A stretch of 64,000 nucleotides of DNA, taken from Hemiscyllium ocellatum (taxonomy: Eukaryota). The stretch is taken from NCBI RefSeq assembly GCF_020745735.1, contig NC_083409.1, forward strand, positions 13,515,259 through 13,579,258, read 5' to 3'. Below the pieces are notes generated by a model. It was not told the DNA's origin and did not search any database. It saw only the letters and a list, made by a program, of their open reading frames with translations. A program made the translations under genes and the position numbers. Each line of letters opens with the position of its first letter. Position 1 is the first letter of the stretch. Shown here in pieces: positions 1 through 13,482 of the stretch.

Positions 1-2085
1 CTGTGTATAATGCAGAAGTTGCAGGATCAGTTCATTCCTAAAAGGAAGAAAGATCCCAGGAGGAGGCATGTGCGGCCGTGGCTAACGAGGGAAGTTAAGA
101 ACCATATAAAGTTAAAAGAGAAAAAGTATAACAGAGCAAAGATAAGTGGGAAAACAGAGGACTGGGAAGCTTTTAAAGAACAACAGAGGATTACTAAGAA
201 GGAAATACGCAGAGGCAAAATGAGGTACGAAGGTAAACTGGCCAATAATATAAAGGAAGATAGTAAAAGCTTTTTCAAGTATGTGCAATGCAAAAAAATG
301 GTTATGACTAAAATTGGGCCCTTGAAGACAGAAACAGTGGAATATATTACAGGGAACAAAGAAATGGCAGAAGAATTAAATGGGTACTTCAGATCTGTGT
401 TCACTGGGGAAGACACAAGCAATCTCCCTGAGGTAACAGTGACTGAAGGACCTGAACTTAAGGGAATCTGTATTTGCCAGGATTTGGTGTTGGAGAGACT
501 GTTAGGTCTGAAGGTTGATAAGTCCCCGGGGCCTGATGGTCTACATCCCAGGGTACTGAAGGAGGTGGCTCGGGAAATCGTGGATACGTTGGTGATGATT
601 TTCCAGAATTCGATAGATTCGGGATCGGTACCTGAGGATTGGAGAGTGGCTAAAGTTATACCACTTTTTAAGAAAGATGGGAGAGAGAAAGCAGGAAATT
701 ATAGACCAGTTAGTCTGACCTCAGTGGTGGGAAAGATGCTGGAGTCTATTATAAAGGATGAGATTACAGCACATCTGGATGGTAGTATCAGGATAAGACA
801 GAGTCAGCATGGATTTATAAAGAGGAAATCGTGCTTGACTAATCTTCTGGAGTTTTTTGAGGATGTAACTCTGAGGATGGATGAGGGAGATCCAGTAGAT
901 GTAGTGTACCTGGACTTTCAGAAAGCTTTTGATAAAGTTCCACATAGGAGGTTAGTGAGTAAACTTAGGGCGCATGGTATTGGGGACAAAGTACTAGATT
1001 GGATTTAAAATTGGTTGGCTGATAGGAAACATTGGGTAGTGATAAACGGCTCCATTTCAGAATGGCAGGCAGTGACCAGTGGGGACCGCAAGGATCCGTG
1101 CTGGGACCACAGCTTTTTACAATATATGTTAATTATATAGAAGATGGTATCAGCAATAACATTAGCAAATTTGCTGATGATACAAAGCTGGGTGGCAGGG
1201 TGAAATGTGATGAGGATGTTAGGAGATTACAGGGTGACCTGGACAAGTTAGATGAGTGGGCAGATGCATGGCAGATGCAGTTTAATGTGGATAAATGTAT
1301 GGTTATCCACTTTGGTGGCAAGAACAGGAAGGCAGATTACTACCTCAATGGAATTAATTTAGGTAAAGGGGCAGTACAGAGAGATCTGGGTGTTCTTGTA
1401 CACCAGTCAATAAAGGCAAGCATGCAGTTACAGCAGGTAGTGAAGAAGGCTAATAGCATGCTGGCCTTCATAACAAGAGGGATTGAGTATAGGAGCAAAG
1501 AGGTGCTTCTGCAGCTGTACAGGGCCCTGGTGAGACCACACCGGGAGTACGGTGTGTAGTTCTGGTCGCCAAATTTGAGGAAGGACATTTTGGCTATTGA
1601 GGGGGTGCAGCGTAGGTTCACGAGGTCAATTCTGGAATGGCGGGATTACCTTACACTGAAAGACTGAAGCGACTGGGCTTGTATACCCTTGAGTTTAGAA
1701 GACTGAGAGGGGATCTGATTGAGACATATACGACTATAAAAGGATTGGACACTCTGGCAGCAGGAAACATGTTTCCGCTGATGGGTGAGTGCCAAACCAG
1801 AGGACACAGCTTAAAAATTTAGGACAGAGATGAGGAGAAACTTCTTCACCCAGAGAGTGATGGCTGTATGAAATGCTCTGCCCCAGAGGACAGTGGAGGC
1901 CCAGTCTCTGGATTCATTTAAGAAAGAGTTGGATAGAGCTCTCAAAGATAGTGGAATCAAGGGTTATGGAGATAAGGCAGGGAGTGGATACTGATTAGGA
2001 ATGATCAGCCATGATCATATTGAATGGCGGTGCAGGCTCGAAGGGCCCAATGGCCTACTCCTGCACCTATTGTCTATTGTCTATT
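1..2085 (+). mobile_element. CR1-type LINE, 3' part of ORF2 (reverse transcriptase) plus 3' UTR; decayed
   Basis: ORFs 10-1008 and 1032-1559 contain CR1 RT motifs (KSPGPDGLHPRVLKE, NYRPVSLTS, YLDFQKAFDKVPH, SKFADDTK). There is a TAA at 1006-1008 and there are frameshifts. It ends in a (TCTATTG)n tail at about 2067-2085. Confidence 0.93.
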
Positions 2086-2649
2086 GTTGTTAGTCTCAAT
2101 GTTGCCACAGATTAAGTTCTCCCAGAGATTCATAATTCATTCCAGATTTTAAACAAGGGAGGGATGTTGTGCGGAGACAGATGGGAAGGCATGGAGAGGA
2201 AACAAAAAGGAGAGAGAATTGCATTGCTGTTACACCGTTCATGAGCTCAGGATGTTCAAAGATGTTTTACAGCTAATGGAATACTTCCAAAGTCTAGTCA
2301 TTGTTGTAATGTTGGGGGGTAGGGGGGAATGACAGGATCCCCAAACAGAAGGAATGCCAAAAATGCTATCACTATGAGAGTGGAAAGGTCGGGTGGGGAT
2401 AGTGACAGTGATGCCCTCCACAGAGAGAGGGGAAGGTACACTGACACATTTAAAACTGTATCAACACAAGTGAGAAATCAAAAACCACCCACTCCATCAT
2501 GAGTCTTCCCATATTGTTGGTTTGATCAGTGACGTAGCAAGGAAGCAGCAGCTGCCCCATGAACTCCAACAAAAGAATGAGAACAGGCTCTTCATACGGA
2601 GCTGGCTCCCGAGAATCCAATTCAACAGCAGGGACCAAAGAACAAGGAA

Positions 2650-3720
2650 CAATACAGCACAGGAACAGGCCCTTTGGCCCTCCCAGCCTGTGCTGACACA
2701 TTTTGCCCTTCCTGACTGAAACTGTATTCACCTACAGGATTCATATCCCTCTATTCCCTTCCTATCCATGTATTCATCCAGATGTTTCTTGAATGCTGCC
2801 ATTGTGTCTGCTTCCACCACGTCCACTGGCTGTGTGTTCCAGCCCCTCACCACCGCTTCTGTGAAATACTTACCTCACACATCTGTTTTAAATCCCCACC
2901 GCAACCCCCCCCCCCCCCCCCCCCCACACCTTGAACCTGTGTCCCCTAGTAACTGACCCCTCTACCCTGGGAAAAACCCTCATATTTCCCACTCTCTCCA
3001 TGCTATTCACAATTTCATCCATTTCTATTAGGTTGCCCTTCAACCTCCTGATTCCAATGAAAACAAATCCAGTCTATCCAACCTTCCTTCATCACCAAAA
3101 CCCTCCATATCAGACAGCATTCTTGGTATTTTTTTCTTCTGTACCCTCTCCAAAGCATCGACATCCTTCTGGTCATGGTGACCAGAACCATATGCAATAT
3201 TCCCAGTGTGGCCAAACTAAAGTTCAGTAAAGCTGCAGTGTAACTTGTCTATCCTAATCCTCAGTGCTCCTCCCAATGTAGCCAAAGCTGCCATTGGCCT
3301 TTTTTACTACCTTAGGTGCTGCCACCATCAGTGATCTGTGAACATGTACATCCAGATCCCTCTGCATTTCAATACTCCAATGGATTCTGCCATTCACTGT
3401 GCAGGTATTCTGCCACCTGTATTTCATCTTACAAAATGCATCATTTCACATATATCATGTGCCATTTAAATGTCATGTGCCGTTTTCTATCCATGCATCC
3501 AAATGATCTGTGTCCTGCTGTAGCCTCTGATAATCTGATCATTAACTGCAACTCCAGCAATCTTTGTGGCATCCACAAACTCATCAATGAGACTAGCCAT
3601 GTTTTCGTCCAAATCACTGGAGACCATGAACAGCAAAGGTCCCATCATTGATCCCTGCAAAACCCCACAAGACACAGCCTCCATTTTGAAATCCATCCTT
3701 CCATCACTACCCTCTGTCTC
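2650..3720 (-). mobile_element. Degenerate CR1 RT and 3'-end fragments
   Basis: Minus-strand CR1 3' tail (TGTTCT-like repeats at about 2635-2660) and RT remnants (GVLQGSMMGPLLF, FVDATKI in ORF 3487-3999). Confidence 0.75.
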
Positions 3721-6700
3721 CTCTGACTCAACCAGTTCTGTGCCCAGTGCTGGGAACATTTTAGACAAGACACCTTGTTGCCAGCTCGTTACTGCAACTT
3801 GATCCAGTTCAGTCAGAAAGAGACAAAGGACAATGTGCAGATTGTTGAACAGGCCCCTACACCTGGGCCTGAGGGAGGGGCCCAAGCTCCAACACACTAC
3901 ACACGAAATTTCAGACAGAGTGGGGTCATGAAATCTGTCCATATGTTCCTTTGGGACCGGAAAGGAATGAGGAAATAGAGGCAATTGTAGAAGAGTCAAT
4001 AAGGATTAAAGCAAGATTGAAGGAGAGTTTTGGAAAGGTTTTAGTGGAGAAAATATACTTTTTGCCACCCAATGCTGACGTAGTCTCCGTGTGTCACATC
4101 ATGAATAAAACAGCACACTACGAGGACAATCAAAAGTTACACAAAATTACTTCTTTTTGATATATCATAGCACGCAGACCATTTTCATTGTGGTGCAATT
4201 AGGTATCCTGGTTCAAAAGATGTTTTCTCTCTCTCTCTCTCTCTCTTTCTCTTTCCTCGTTTGTACAGATCGAGCTGGTTAGATCCTCACACAGCCCCAG
4301 TTTATTTGGACTGTTCAGTAATGTGGGGATGCCGATGTTGGACTGGGGTACACCTGATGAAGTAGCAGCGCTTCGGAAGCTTGTGATTTCAAATGAATCG
4401 GTTGGGCTAGAACCTGGTGTAGTGTGTCCTCTGACTTTGAAACAGCTGCTTTCTAGTTACTATGGAGGACTTCCACAGCTACTGAAGACTATGGGTAATG
4501 ACTCCTTCCATTAGCTGCAAACACACCAGTAGTCATTCCAGTGGATTCTAGTGGGAATGACCAATCAGTTGCTTTGACCTAGTTCCCCAGTTAATCAGGC
4601 CATGGCTGACCTGGAATACATTCTCCCTTTGTCCTGTAAACCGTACTGCCCTGAGTAAATGGCTACTGAAACCCAACCTCAACAGCTTTTTATTTTGGAT
4701 TGAGGGTTCCAGATTTCCATCACTCTATCCGAAGGAAATTTTCCTGAAATTGCCTGAATTACAATTTTGACATGCCTCTTGTACTGGACTCTGGGACTGG
4801 AGAAAGCAATTTACATCAACATTGTTCATCATCTCTGGGGAAAAGTAACGCTGATGTAGCCTGTTCTCTCTCATTAACAGTTTCTGATCTGAAGGTGACA
4901 TCACAGGCTGGATACTGAGAGGGTGGATCCTGTTATCGGGCAGACGAAAACTGGAGGGCCAGTTTAGCACAAAGTAGTCTCCCATTGAAAAGGAAGGAGG
5001 GGTTTTCTTGCTGAGGGTTGATAGCCTGTGGAATTCTGTTCTGTACATGGGAATGGAGGTTCACTCATGGAGTTGGCACAAGGTTAAAGTAGACAGATTT
5101 TTTGATGAACAAGGCAATTAAGGATAATGGGAGGGGGTGGGGAAGCAGAAAGTACAGGTGAGACAACACCCAGATAAGTAGTGATCTTCTTTATTGACAG
5201 AGCAGCTCCCAAAAGGCCTGCTCCTGCTCCTGGGCCCTATGTTCTGGCAGTGGCTGCAGCAATCCTGGACCCCCAGCTTTCCTTTGTCACTCACTGACAA
5301 AAATGACAAAAGTTAAAATTATTTTCTTTAACAAGACCAACTCAACTCTTGTTGCAGTCATTTTCTTTGCTGGATTTTAATTTCAGCAGGGTTTTAGAAA
5401 CACATCATTTGCCTTATGTTGCAGTGGAGACAGACACAGGGCAGTGAGGCCTCAGAGAGCACCGAGAGCTTTCACTCTGCACAACAAGGCTGTCAGCACA
5501 AGCATCTGGTGACAGGATTGTAGGGGGTTGAAAAGGAGAGAGTCACGGAGAAAAGAGACCTTATAGTTCAAAATAAAACCTCTTCATATATTCCCACACT
5601 CTAATGAATTAATGTTAGAGGATTAGAAACCCAGAACGGTGAGAGTGTGCTGGCTCAGAGGCTAAAAGGCAGAGAGCAAGGAGCTGCATTATTCCTTCTC
5701 ATTATTATTTCTGCTTCATCATTGGTGAGCTTCATAATTATTGCCCACCCCCAGTTGCTTGGACGAAGTTCTTTGCTGAGCCAGATCATGGGGTCATTAA
5801 AAATGGATCATGTCACAGTGGGGCAGGAGTCACAAACCGGGCTCCCTCACCGAAAGAACATTTGTGAACATCACATTGAATTTCATGTCTATTTTGTACA
5901 GATTCCAGCGCCTTCCTTTCCAGATATTACATGGCTCACCACCGCCCTCTCCAGGACAATTAGGGAAAGGCAACCAATAACCAACACGTCAACGCCTGCC
6001 CCATCCCGGGAGAAATCAGGAGAAATGATGTAAAATTAAAATAATCAAACTGGTGAGGCTTGAATTAATCTCTTTGAAAGACTGGACTCTCAGCCAGAAA
6101 CAGAGCCATGACATGGGTGACCCTGGTTTGTCAGACTGAAAGGTGAAGTGTCCTTTGGATTGACACTGGGATCAGCAAAAAATGAATTACTCTCAAAGAT
6201 CGAGCAAACAGCTATCAAAGTGGGTCACCAAACTGCAGAGTACAGCACCTGCAGCACCGCGTCCCCATCTCTATCCTTGCTGTTGCCCTTCCCTAACTGT
6301 CCTGGAGAGGGCGGTGGTGAGCCATGGGTTTCTTGAAGAGGGTCTGACAGAGGGACAAGGTCATGTCCTCGGCCTGAGCACAACTGTCTGACCTTCTGTG
6401 CTTTTCCAGCGCCACACTTTTTGACTCCGAGTAAACTATCCTTCAGGAGAATGAGCTGTGGCACAAGAGGAAACGTGGGAGTATTGGAAAGGCACCGGCA
6501 GCCTGGTCAGCCTGCAGAGGGGCAGAAACAGATTTGATGAATGAGATGATATCCTTCTAAGCTGAAATACAGACTTAGGCTTTCAGAGCTACACAGTTTA
6601 CATTGTTACTGACGGTGACTCCATGGGCAATGTTCCTGCTTCAGAGTCAAATGGTCACCTCAGAAATGAGAACACAGAATCCAGGTTGAGACTGCAGTGA

Positions 6701-7009
6701 ACTCTGGCACAATGTTATGTATGAGATGCTCATTTAAAGCCCCACCAGCACCACCCAGACCCCAATCCCTCCACCTCAGGGGGCTCGACAAGTCCCATTC
6801 TGAAGAGATTCCCTCAGGTATCCTGCTCAATATTCAACTAATGCCACCAAAAAGATTTGTCTCATCATTCGTTTGCTGATTTTGGGACGTCAGCATTTTG
6901 TCTTGTGAAGGTGATTGCACTGTGCAGGCAGCTTTAAATATCCTGGGATGATTACAAAAAAACACTGCACCAACAAGTGTTCTTTCTTCCTGTCACATAA
7001 CAGGGGAGC

Positions 7010-9300
7010 TAATCAGTAACTGAAAATCCACACTGAAGGCAAACACTGAAGCTTCAGCTGAAAGGCTTTTTGCACCATGTTAACCTGCGCCCTGGGCATT
7101 TCCTTCCAGTGTCCGAGATGGTTACCAGGCTGGGATGGAGGCTTACAGGAGGCTGGAAGAGCACAGCAAGCCAGGCAGAATCTGGAGGTGGAGCAGTCAA
7201 CATTTCGGGTATAACCCTTCTTCAGAACTGCAGGTGGGGGTAGGGGGAGCTGCAAATCAAGGTGGGATCAGTTGTTTGGGCGGGTGGGGGTAATGGTGGA
7301 GTGGTAGGCATTAATGGATGAACACAGGTAGAGGGTTTGAAGTGGTTGGTTGATGGGAGGAATGAATTCATTTGGTGGCTAAAAGGGAGGGTCTGTAAGT
7401 GGAATAGATGGAGGAGGGGGACTGGAAAGGGAGTCAAAAGTTGGGAAAGGGAGGCTTTTTGAAACTAGAGAATTCAATGTTGATTCCTCTGGGTTGTAAG
7501 CTTCCCAGGCAAAAGATGATTATTTGTTCCTCCAATTTGCAGTCTGATTGCTTGTTGCAATGGAGGAAGCAGAGGATGGTCATGTCTGAGAGGGAATAGG
7601 AAGGGGAATTGAAATAGGCAGTGACTGGGAGGCCAGGTCAGCCTTTGTGAGCATGGCTGAGATGCTCAGCAAAACATGCCCTTAGTTTATGTTTGGTCTC
7701 ACTGATGCAGAGAAGACCACAACGGGTGCACCGGATACAATAAACTAGGTTGGAGGAGAGGCAGGTGAACCTCTGTCTGACCTGGAAGGACTGGGGCCCT
7801 GGATGGAAATGACAGGGGTGGTGTGTCGGCAGGTTTTGCATCTTTTACGGTTGCAGGGGAAGGTACCAGGGTTTTGTTGGGGGAGGTGGGGGTAGGTGTG
7901 AAGTGTGGTGAAAACCAAGGATTGGCAAAGGGAACAGTCCTTGTGGAAGGCAGAGAGGGGTGGGGAGGGTAAGATGTTCATGGTGGTGGGGTCTAGCTGG
8001 AGTTGGCAGAATTGTTTGAGGATGATACGTTGGATGCGGAGATTGGTGGGGTGTAAGTTGAAGACAAGGGGAACCCTGTCTTTATTGAATTTTGGAGGGG
8101 GGTGTTTAGATTTGGAGAGCAGAGAATGGAGGAGGTGCGGTGGAGGGCTTTCTGGATGGCAGAGCTGGGAAAAGTACATGATTAAAAATAGGTGGACATC
8201 TGGACACTTAGGAGGGGAGCGTCTCCTCGTTCGAGCAGATGTGACGGAGATGGAAGAATTGGGAAAACGGGGTGGTGTTCTTGCAGGATACTGGTTGGGA
8301 GGAGGTGTTGTCCAGATACTTGTGTGAGTCTGTGGGTTAACAGTAAATGTCTGTTCCTAGACTGTCACCGGAGATGGAAATGGGGCGGTCAAGAAAGGAG
8401 AAAGATTTGTCCAAGATAGACTACGTGAATTTAAGAGTAAAAAGTGAGGTCTGCAGATGCTGGAGATCAGGGCTGAAAATGTGTTGCTGGTTAAAGCGCA
8501 GCAGGTCAGGCAGCATCCAAGGAACAGGAAATTCAACGTTTCGGGCACAAGCCCTTCATCAGGAATGAGGAAAGTGTGTCCAGCAGGCTAAGATAAAAGG
8601 TAGGGAGGAGGGACTTGGGGGAGGGGGCGATGGAGATGCGATAGGTGGAAGGAGGTCAAGGTGAGGGTGATAGGCCGGAGTGGGGGTGGGGGCGGAGAGG
8701 TCAGGAGAAGATTGCAGGTTAGGAAGGTGGTGCTGAGTTCGAGGGAATCGACTGAGACAAGGTGGGGGGAGGGGAAATGAGGAAACTGGAGAAATATGAG
8801 TTCATCCCTTGTGGTTGGAGGGTTCCCAGGCGGAAGATGAGACGCTCTTCCTCCAACCGTCATGTTGTTATGTTCTGCCGATGGAGGAGTCCAAGGACCT
8901 GCATGTCCTTGGTGGAGTGGGAGGGAGAGTTAAAGTGTTGAGTCACGGGGTGGTTGGGTTGGTTGGGCCGGGTGTGAATTTGAGGGCAGGTTAGAAGTTG
9001 TTAGCAAAGTAGATGAACAGCTCCAGTTCAGCCTGGGTGGTGGATGCAGCACTGATGCAGTCACTGATGTAATGGCGGAAGATTTGGGGAGCGGTGCCTG
9101 TGCATGTACTGGTGAGGTGTTGTTTGATGTAGCCAACAACAAGCAGACATAGCTGGGACCCATGGCCACCCACTGGATTTGGAGGAAATGGGAAGAGTTG
9201 AAGGAAGCTGACAGATCACATGGAAATGTTTGGAAAAGGTTCACAAGGGCACAGTCCAGGCTTCCTGCAAATATCAGCCTTCCTTCCATTGTAGTGCTTC
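7010..9300 (-). mobile_element. Penelope-like element (RT plus GIY-YIG endonuclease), decayed, with a second Penelope-type 3' fragment nested at about 8441-8985
   Basis: ORF 7638-7841 (FTCLSSNLVYCIRCTRCGLLCISETKHKLRACFAEHL) is a GIY-YIG-type domain. ORF 7745-8179 has the PLE linker (GTFPCNRKRCKTC). ORFs 8930-9289 and 8991-9173 carry PLE RT motifs (FLQIQWVAMGPSY, FRHYISDCI, FIYFANNF). Confidence 0.85.
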
Positions 9301-9654
9301 TTCATAGGAGCTTCTCTATGGTGGTTTCAAGTACACATTCTCCGTGGAAATATCACAGACTTTACTGAAATGGAATGAACTGAAAGAAGAGAAGGAAATG
9401 GGAAGAATTAACCAGACAAGGGTGAGCATCAAGAGAGATGGGAGTGTGTGGAAGACTCTGTGTCATTAAAAAGTCCCAAAGGAGTTTCACAAGAAAATCT
9501 CAAATCTTTACAAGGATTTAACAGGGAGATAACTTACTGACATCAAACAGGTTGGGTGTTAGGGACCCTGTGCCTCTGGTGCCTAACTCTATACGAGACA
9601 TTACAGTCAAGGATGGTTGATGTGTAAATAAAGGGTGACTTGATGATGTGGAGT

Positions 9655-9960
9655 TATTTCATGATCAATGACCGCGGGCATAGATTTAAGGGAAATGGCA
9701 GAAGATTAAGAGGGAATGTGAGGAAACACACTTTCATGCAGAAGGTGGTGGTAATTTGTAACTTGCTTTCTGTAAGGGTAGTTGAGGCAGAAGCTCTCCC
9801 ATAACATTGACGTACTTTGATGTGCAGCTGTGATGCCAAGACATACAGGGCTACGGGCCAACTGCTGGAACATGGAATTAGAATAGTGAGGTGGTTGTTC
9901 GGCTGGCTTTGGCTCATTGGGCCGAAGGGCCTTGTTCTTGTAGACCTGTTGTAGACATCT
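9655..9960 (+). mobile_element. CR1 3'-end fragment
   Basis: Typical CR1 terminal sequence (agggcatagatttaag...ttcatgcagaaggtggtg...gggccgaagggcc). Confidence 0.7.
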
Positions 9961-12900
9961 GACTCTGCCAGGACTCCAGCAATGTGGCTGACCCTGCCAT
10001 TTGAAAGGCCGAGCAAGCCACTCAGTTTCAGGGCAGGTAGGGATGGAGAACAAATGCTGGTCTTGTCAGTGACACCCACATCCCAGGAAAGAATAGACGG
10101 CCTCAGTGGTAACACCGTCACCTGAACCTGCAGGTTTCAAGCCCCACTCCAGACACTGGAGCACTATCCTGAGGCTGGCAAAGGCAAAGGCGCCATCTGC
10201 TGGATGATCGGTTAAACCACTGCCCTCTCAGGTCGATGTGAATATAAGGGCTTTGTGACCATCTCAGGGAAACTCTCCCCAGTGTGCTGACCAATGCTTC
10301 TCTTATAACCAATGGCATTAAAACAGATACAAGAGTAAAATACTGCAAATCTCAAATAAAACAAGATGCTGGAGAAAGGGAACAGGTGCAGCCGCTTTAG
10401 AGAGAGGAGGGAATAATGTTTTGGATTCAGTGATGTTTTATCAAAAAGAAGCCACAGTTTTTGATGATTTTATTTCATTTTAACCTGTTTTATGTTATTT
10501 TGTTTTATTTAAATCTTGTGTATCAAATTTCAGCCGGCTTGGTTGGCACCACATCGACATATATCCATTGCCTCCACACTGACCCTCAGTAACAGCTGTG
10601 AGCACTATCTACAAGATACATTGCAGATGTTCAGCAAAGATCCTGAGAGAGCACCTTCCAAACCCATGACCAAGTCCATCAAGAAGGACATGGTAGCAGA
10701 TACACAGGAACACCACTCTTTGCAAGTTCCCCTCATTGAAATATATCGCTGTTCCTACATTGTTATTGGGTCAGACTCATGGAATTCCCTTCCTCCGCAC
10801 ATTGTGGGTCTACCTACAGCACACAGACTGTAACAGTTCGAGAAAGCAGCTCCGCGCCACTGTGTACATGACAATGAGAGATGGACAGTAACAAGGCTGG
10901 TGCAAAGTAAGAGCAGGTGTGATTAGGGATCTGAAAGTGAGAATGTGATGGTTCAGTTCCTCCTGGACATCTCAAGGTTTGTATGAACTTTTGGTCTCCT
11001 AATTGCAGAAAGAATATAAATCCATTGGAAGTGTTTCAGAGGAGTTTTACCCGACTGATCCCTGGTATGAGGGGGCTGTGTGGTGAGGAAGGATTGGAAA
11101 GGCTGGCCTTGATCTCACTGGAGTTTCGAAGAGTGGGGGGTTTTCCTGTCCCACTGTATTCTCCAAACCCTTACCTGACCCCCTCTTGGGTCATACCCTC
11201 CTGCCCCTTACTAACATGGAATCGGACTGCCCAGTCCTGAGGCTTACACCTTCCATCTGGAACAAAGTCTCCAGGTATCGCTGCCCCTCCCTGATGTATC
11301 AGGATTCTTACAACTCAGCTTCCAATCCAAACCCCCTGAGTGGGAGTTGCTGTAGATTTATACAGTCACTACAGATGTATTTACCCTGAATCATTTCAGT
11401 TTAATGAACAAATGCTGATCCTACTTACAAATGAAAGAAATCAATTCTTTCATGAAATTGGTAATTGTCCTCAGTCTCTGGATCAATGTTTCAGTGCTTT
11501 TCATTTCTAGGATTTCCCTATTTGAGGTTTCCTAAGCATACTATTTATATGGTTCCTTACACAAAGCTCTTCCCAGCTGATCTGGTCAACAGACTCCTGT
11601 CCCCTTGTTTATTATTTTGCTATTTTCAAACCAAGTGCGTGTGCAGGCTCCCATCAGCTGAAGTGACAGTTCCAAACCAGTTTGGAAAAGCAAAGGTAGA
11701 CCTCCTTCCCACAGTTCACCGAACTCCCACATTGACCAAACCTCCCAGCATCCCCCTCTGTGCCAGCTGCACTGAGTGTCAACTGCAGGATATAGGCTGC
11801 CCTGTATTTATACTGGTGCTAATTGATATCACTTTGTTCTGTCGTGCTATTAGAGTCATAGAGACAGCACAGAGACAGAGCCTTCGGTTCAACTTGTCCA
11901 CGCTGACCAGATATCCCAACGCAATCTAGTTCCACTTGCCAATGCTCAGGATCTGGGTTAAGTTAGATCATTTCTCAGTCTGAAGCTTCCTTCTTTCAGC
12001 CTGAGAAATACGTTACTTTTATAACCAACAAATGTGACTTTAATGCTGGAATCTGTTTTGAAGATTAATGGGCTCAATGGTTTGATTCAATGTGGTAAGA
12101 TAAGAAATATCTGTGTCACTTGCTGTAATCCAGTCTTCTCTAACCAATCCCTTCAGGGGCCAGGATGAGTGTGAGGAGATTGGGTTTTGATGGAACTACC
12201 CACAGACTCAAGTCAAAAGAAGCAAAGCAAAAAAGACAGGTGGATCGAATACAAGAGAGCACATTATGAGGGAAAACCAAAGGAGAGAGTGACAACACTG
12301 AATTGCTTCTTGTGTCATCCTCTGCGCCCTTACGTTTCACAGTGTCAGCTCCACATCCTTCCATTGACTTTGTCATTGAGAGCCAACGGTTCCTTTCCCA
12401 CAGCCCTTTTTAAAATGCCCTGCCCGGGGAATCACTCAGACAGAGAATATTTCACCTTTTCTGGGAAGGTTGGAGAAATATTGGATGTTGATGAGCTGCT
12501 TTCTCAGACTTCAGTGTCTGACAGAAGGATGTGTGTAGGCTGTGGATTCTGGAGACAGATCACTGAGATATTCCTCACTCCCATCAACACCTGACTTTAT
12601 TCTGACATCAGTTTCTATTCTTCATTATAAAGTACCCCCACCAGTTTCAGACTAGACATTTCACACCCAGCCCCCATTTCCTCACATTGGAATCAAGAAC
12701 CAAACTTGCCCCATCTCAGGATTGCCCTCTGAATGTGGTGTCAGTGTGCTAATGCTGTGTTTGATGAAAGAGCCACAGTGGAATCTGGGACTGAATCCAA
12801 GGCGTTTCTGATCCACCAGCAGCCTCCTTGCTGTGTGAGATTCTGTTTGGATAAGATTTCAGCCCCATGGTTCCCACTGATACGAGAACCATGGAGTGAG

Positions 12901-13374
12901 ATTGCTGGAGCCACATGTGAACTGAGGAACACAACAGTCAGGACAATGAGATGCTCTGGAATCCACCCTGAGCCCTGGATGATTGTCACTGAGATGGCCC
13001 AGGGGCTACAGAATATGACAGCAGGAGGTGGAACCAGTTTATCATTGACTGTACCCCCCCCAGCCATGACTCCCAGACTCCCCCAGACTGAACATTCTCA
13101 ATCTGACCCCAGGGACACACGGGGCAATTCCATCTCATTTGAAGAGTAAAGAAAACCCAGCTCTAATTTATGGAATATTTATTACCCAAACCCTGTGGAA
13201 CTGTTATTCTGAGTTCCAAGATTCTGCTGATTATATTGATCAATAGAGTGTCCCCAGTGACCCTGATCTGAATTGCTTGGCTCAGGATCTTGCTGTCCCT
13301 GATGGATGGGTTGGTGTGGAGGGGGAATTGCCATCAGAATACTTTGTACCAAGGATGGATCAAGTTAGTATAGT

Positions 13375-13482
13375 GGGTGACAAAGTGGCTCAGTGGTTAG
13401 CACTGCTGCTTCATAGTGCCAGGGATCTGCGTTCGATCCCTGCCTCAGGAGAATATCTATGTGGATTTTGCACATTCTCTCC
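13375..13482 (+). mobile_element. HE1-like (V-SINE) 5'-half fragment
   Basis: tRNA-derived head (gtggctcagtggttagcactgctg...gttcgatccc) followed by the start of the V-domain (tgtggattttgcacattctctcc); 3' half absent. Confidence 0.7.

Noticed and set aside
5400-6700. Possible kappa 3' enhancer 8-9 kb downstream of C1
   Set aside because: It is unique-looking DNA at a suggestive distance, but I found only isolated E-box and GGAA cores and no composite element or paralogous conservation.
12338-12344. Heptamer CACAGTG as a possible RSS
   Set aside because: No nonamer at 12 or 23 bp and no adjacent V/J coding sequence.
12733-13149. 138-aa ORF containing a J-like GGGT motif (TAGGGTSLSLTV)
   Set aside because: It has no F/W before GxG, no RSS and no Ig-fold cysteine/tryptophan pattern. 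It is on the opposite strand to the locus, and I recognise no homology.
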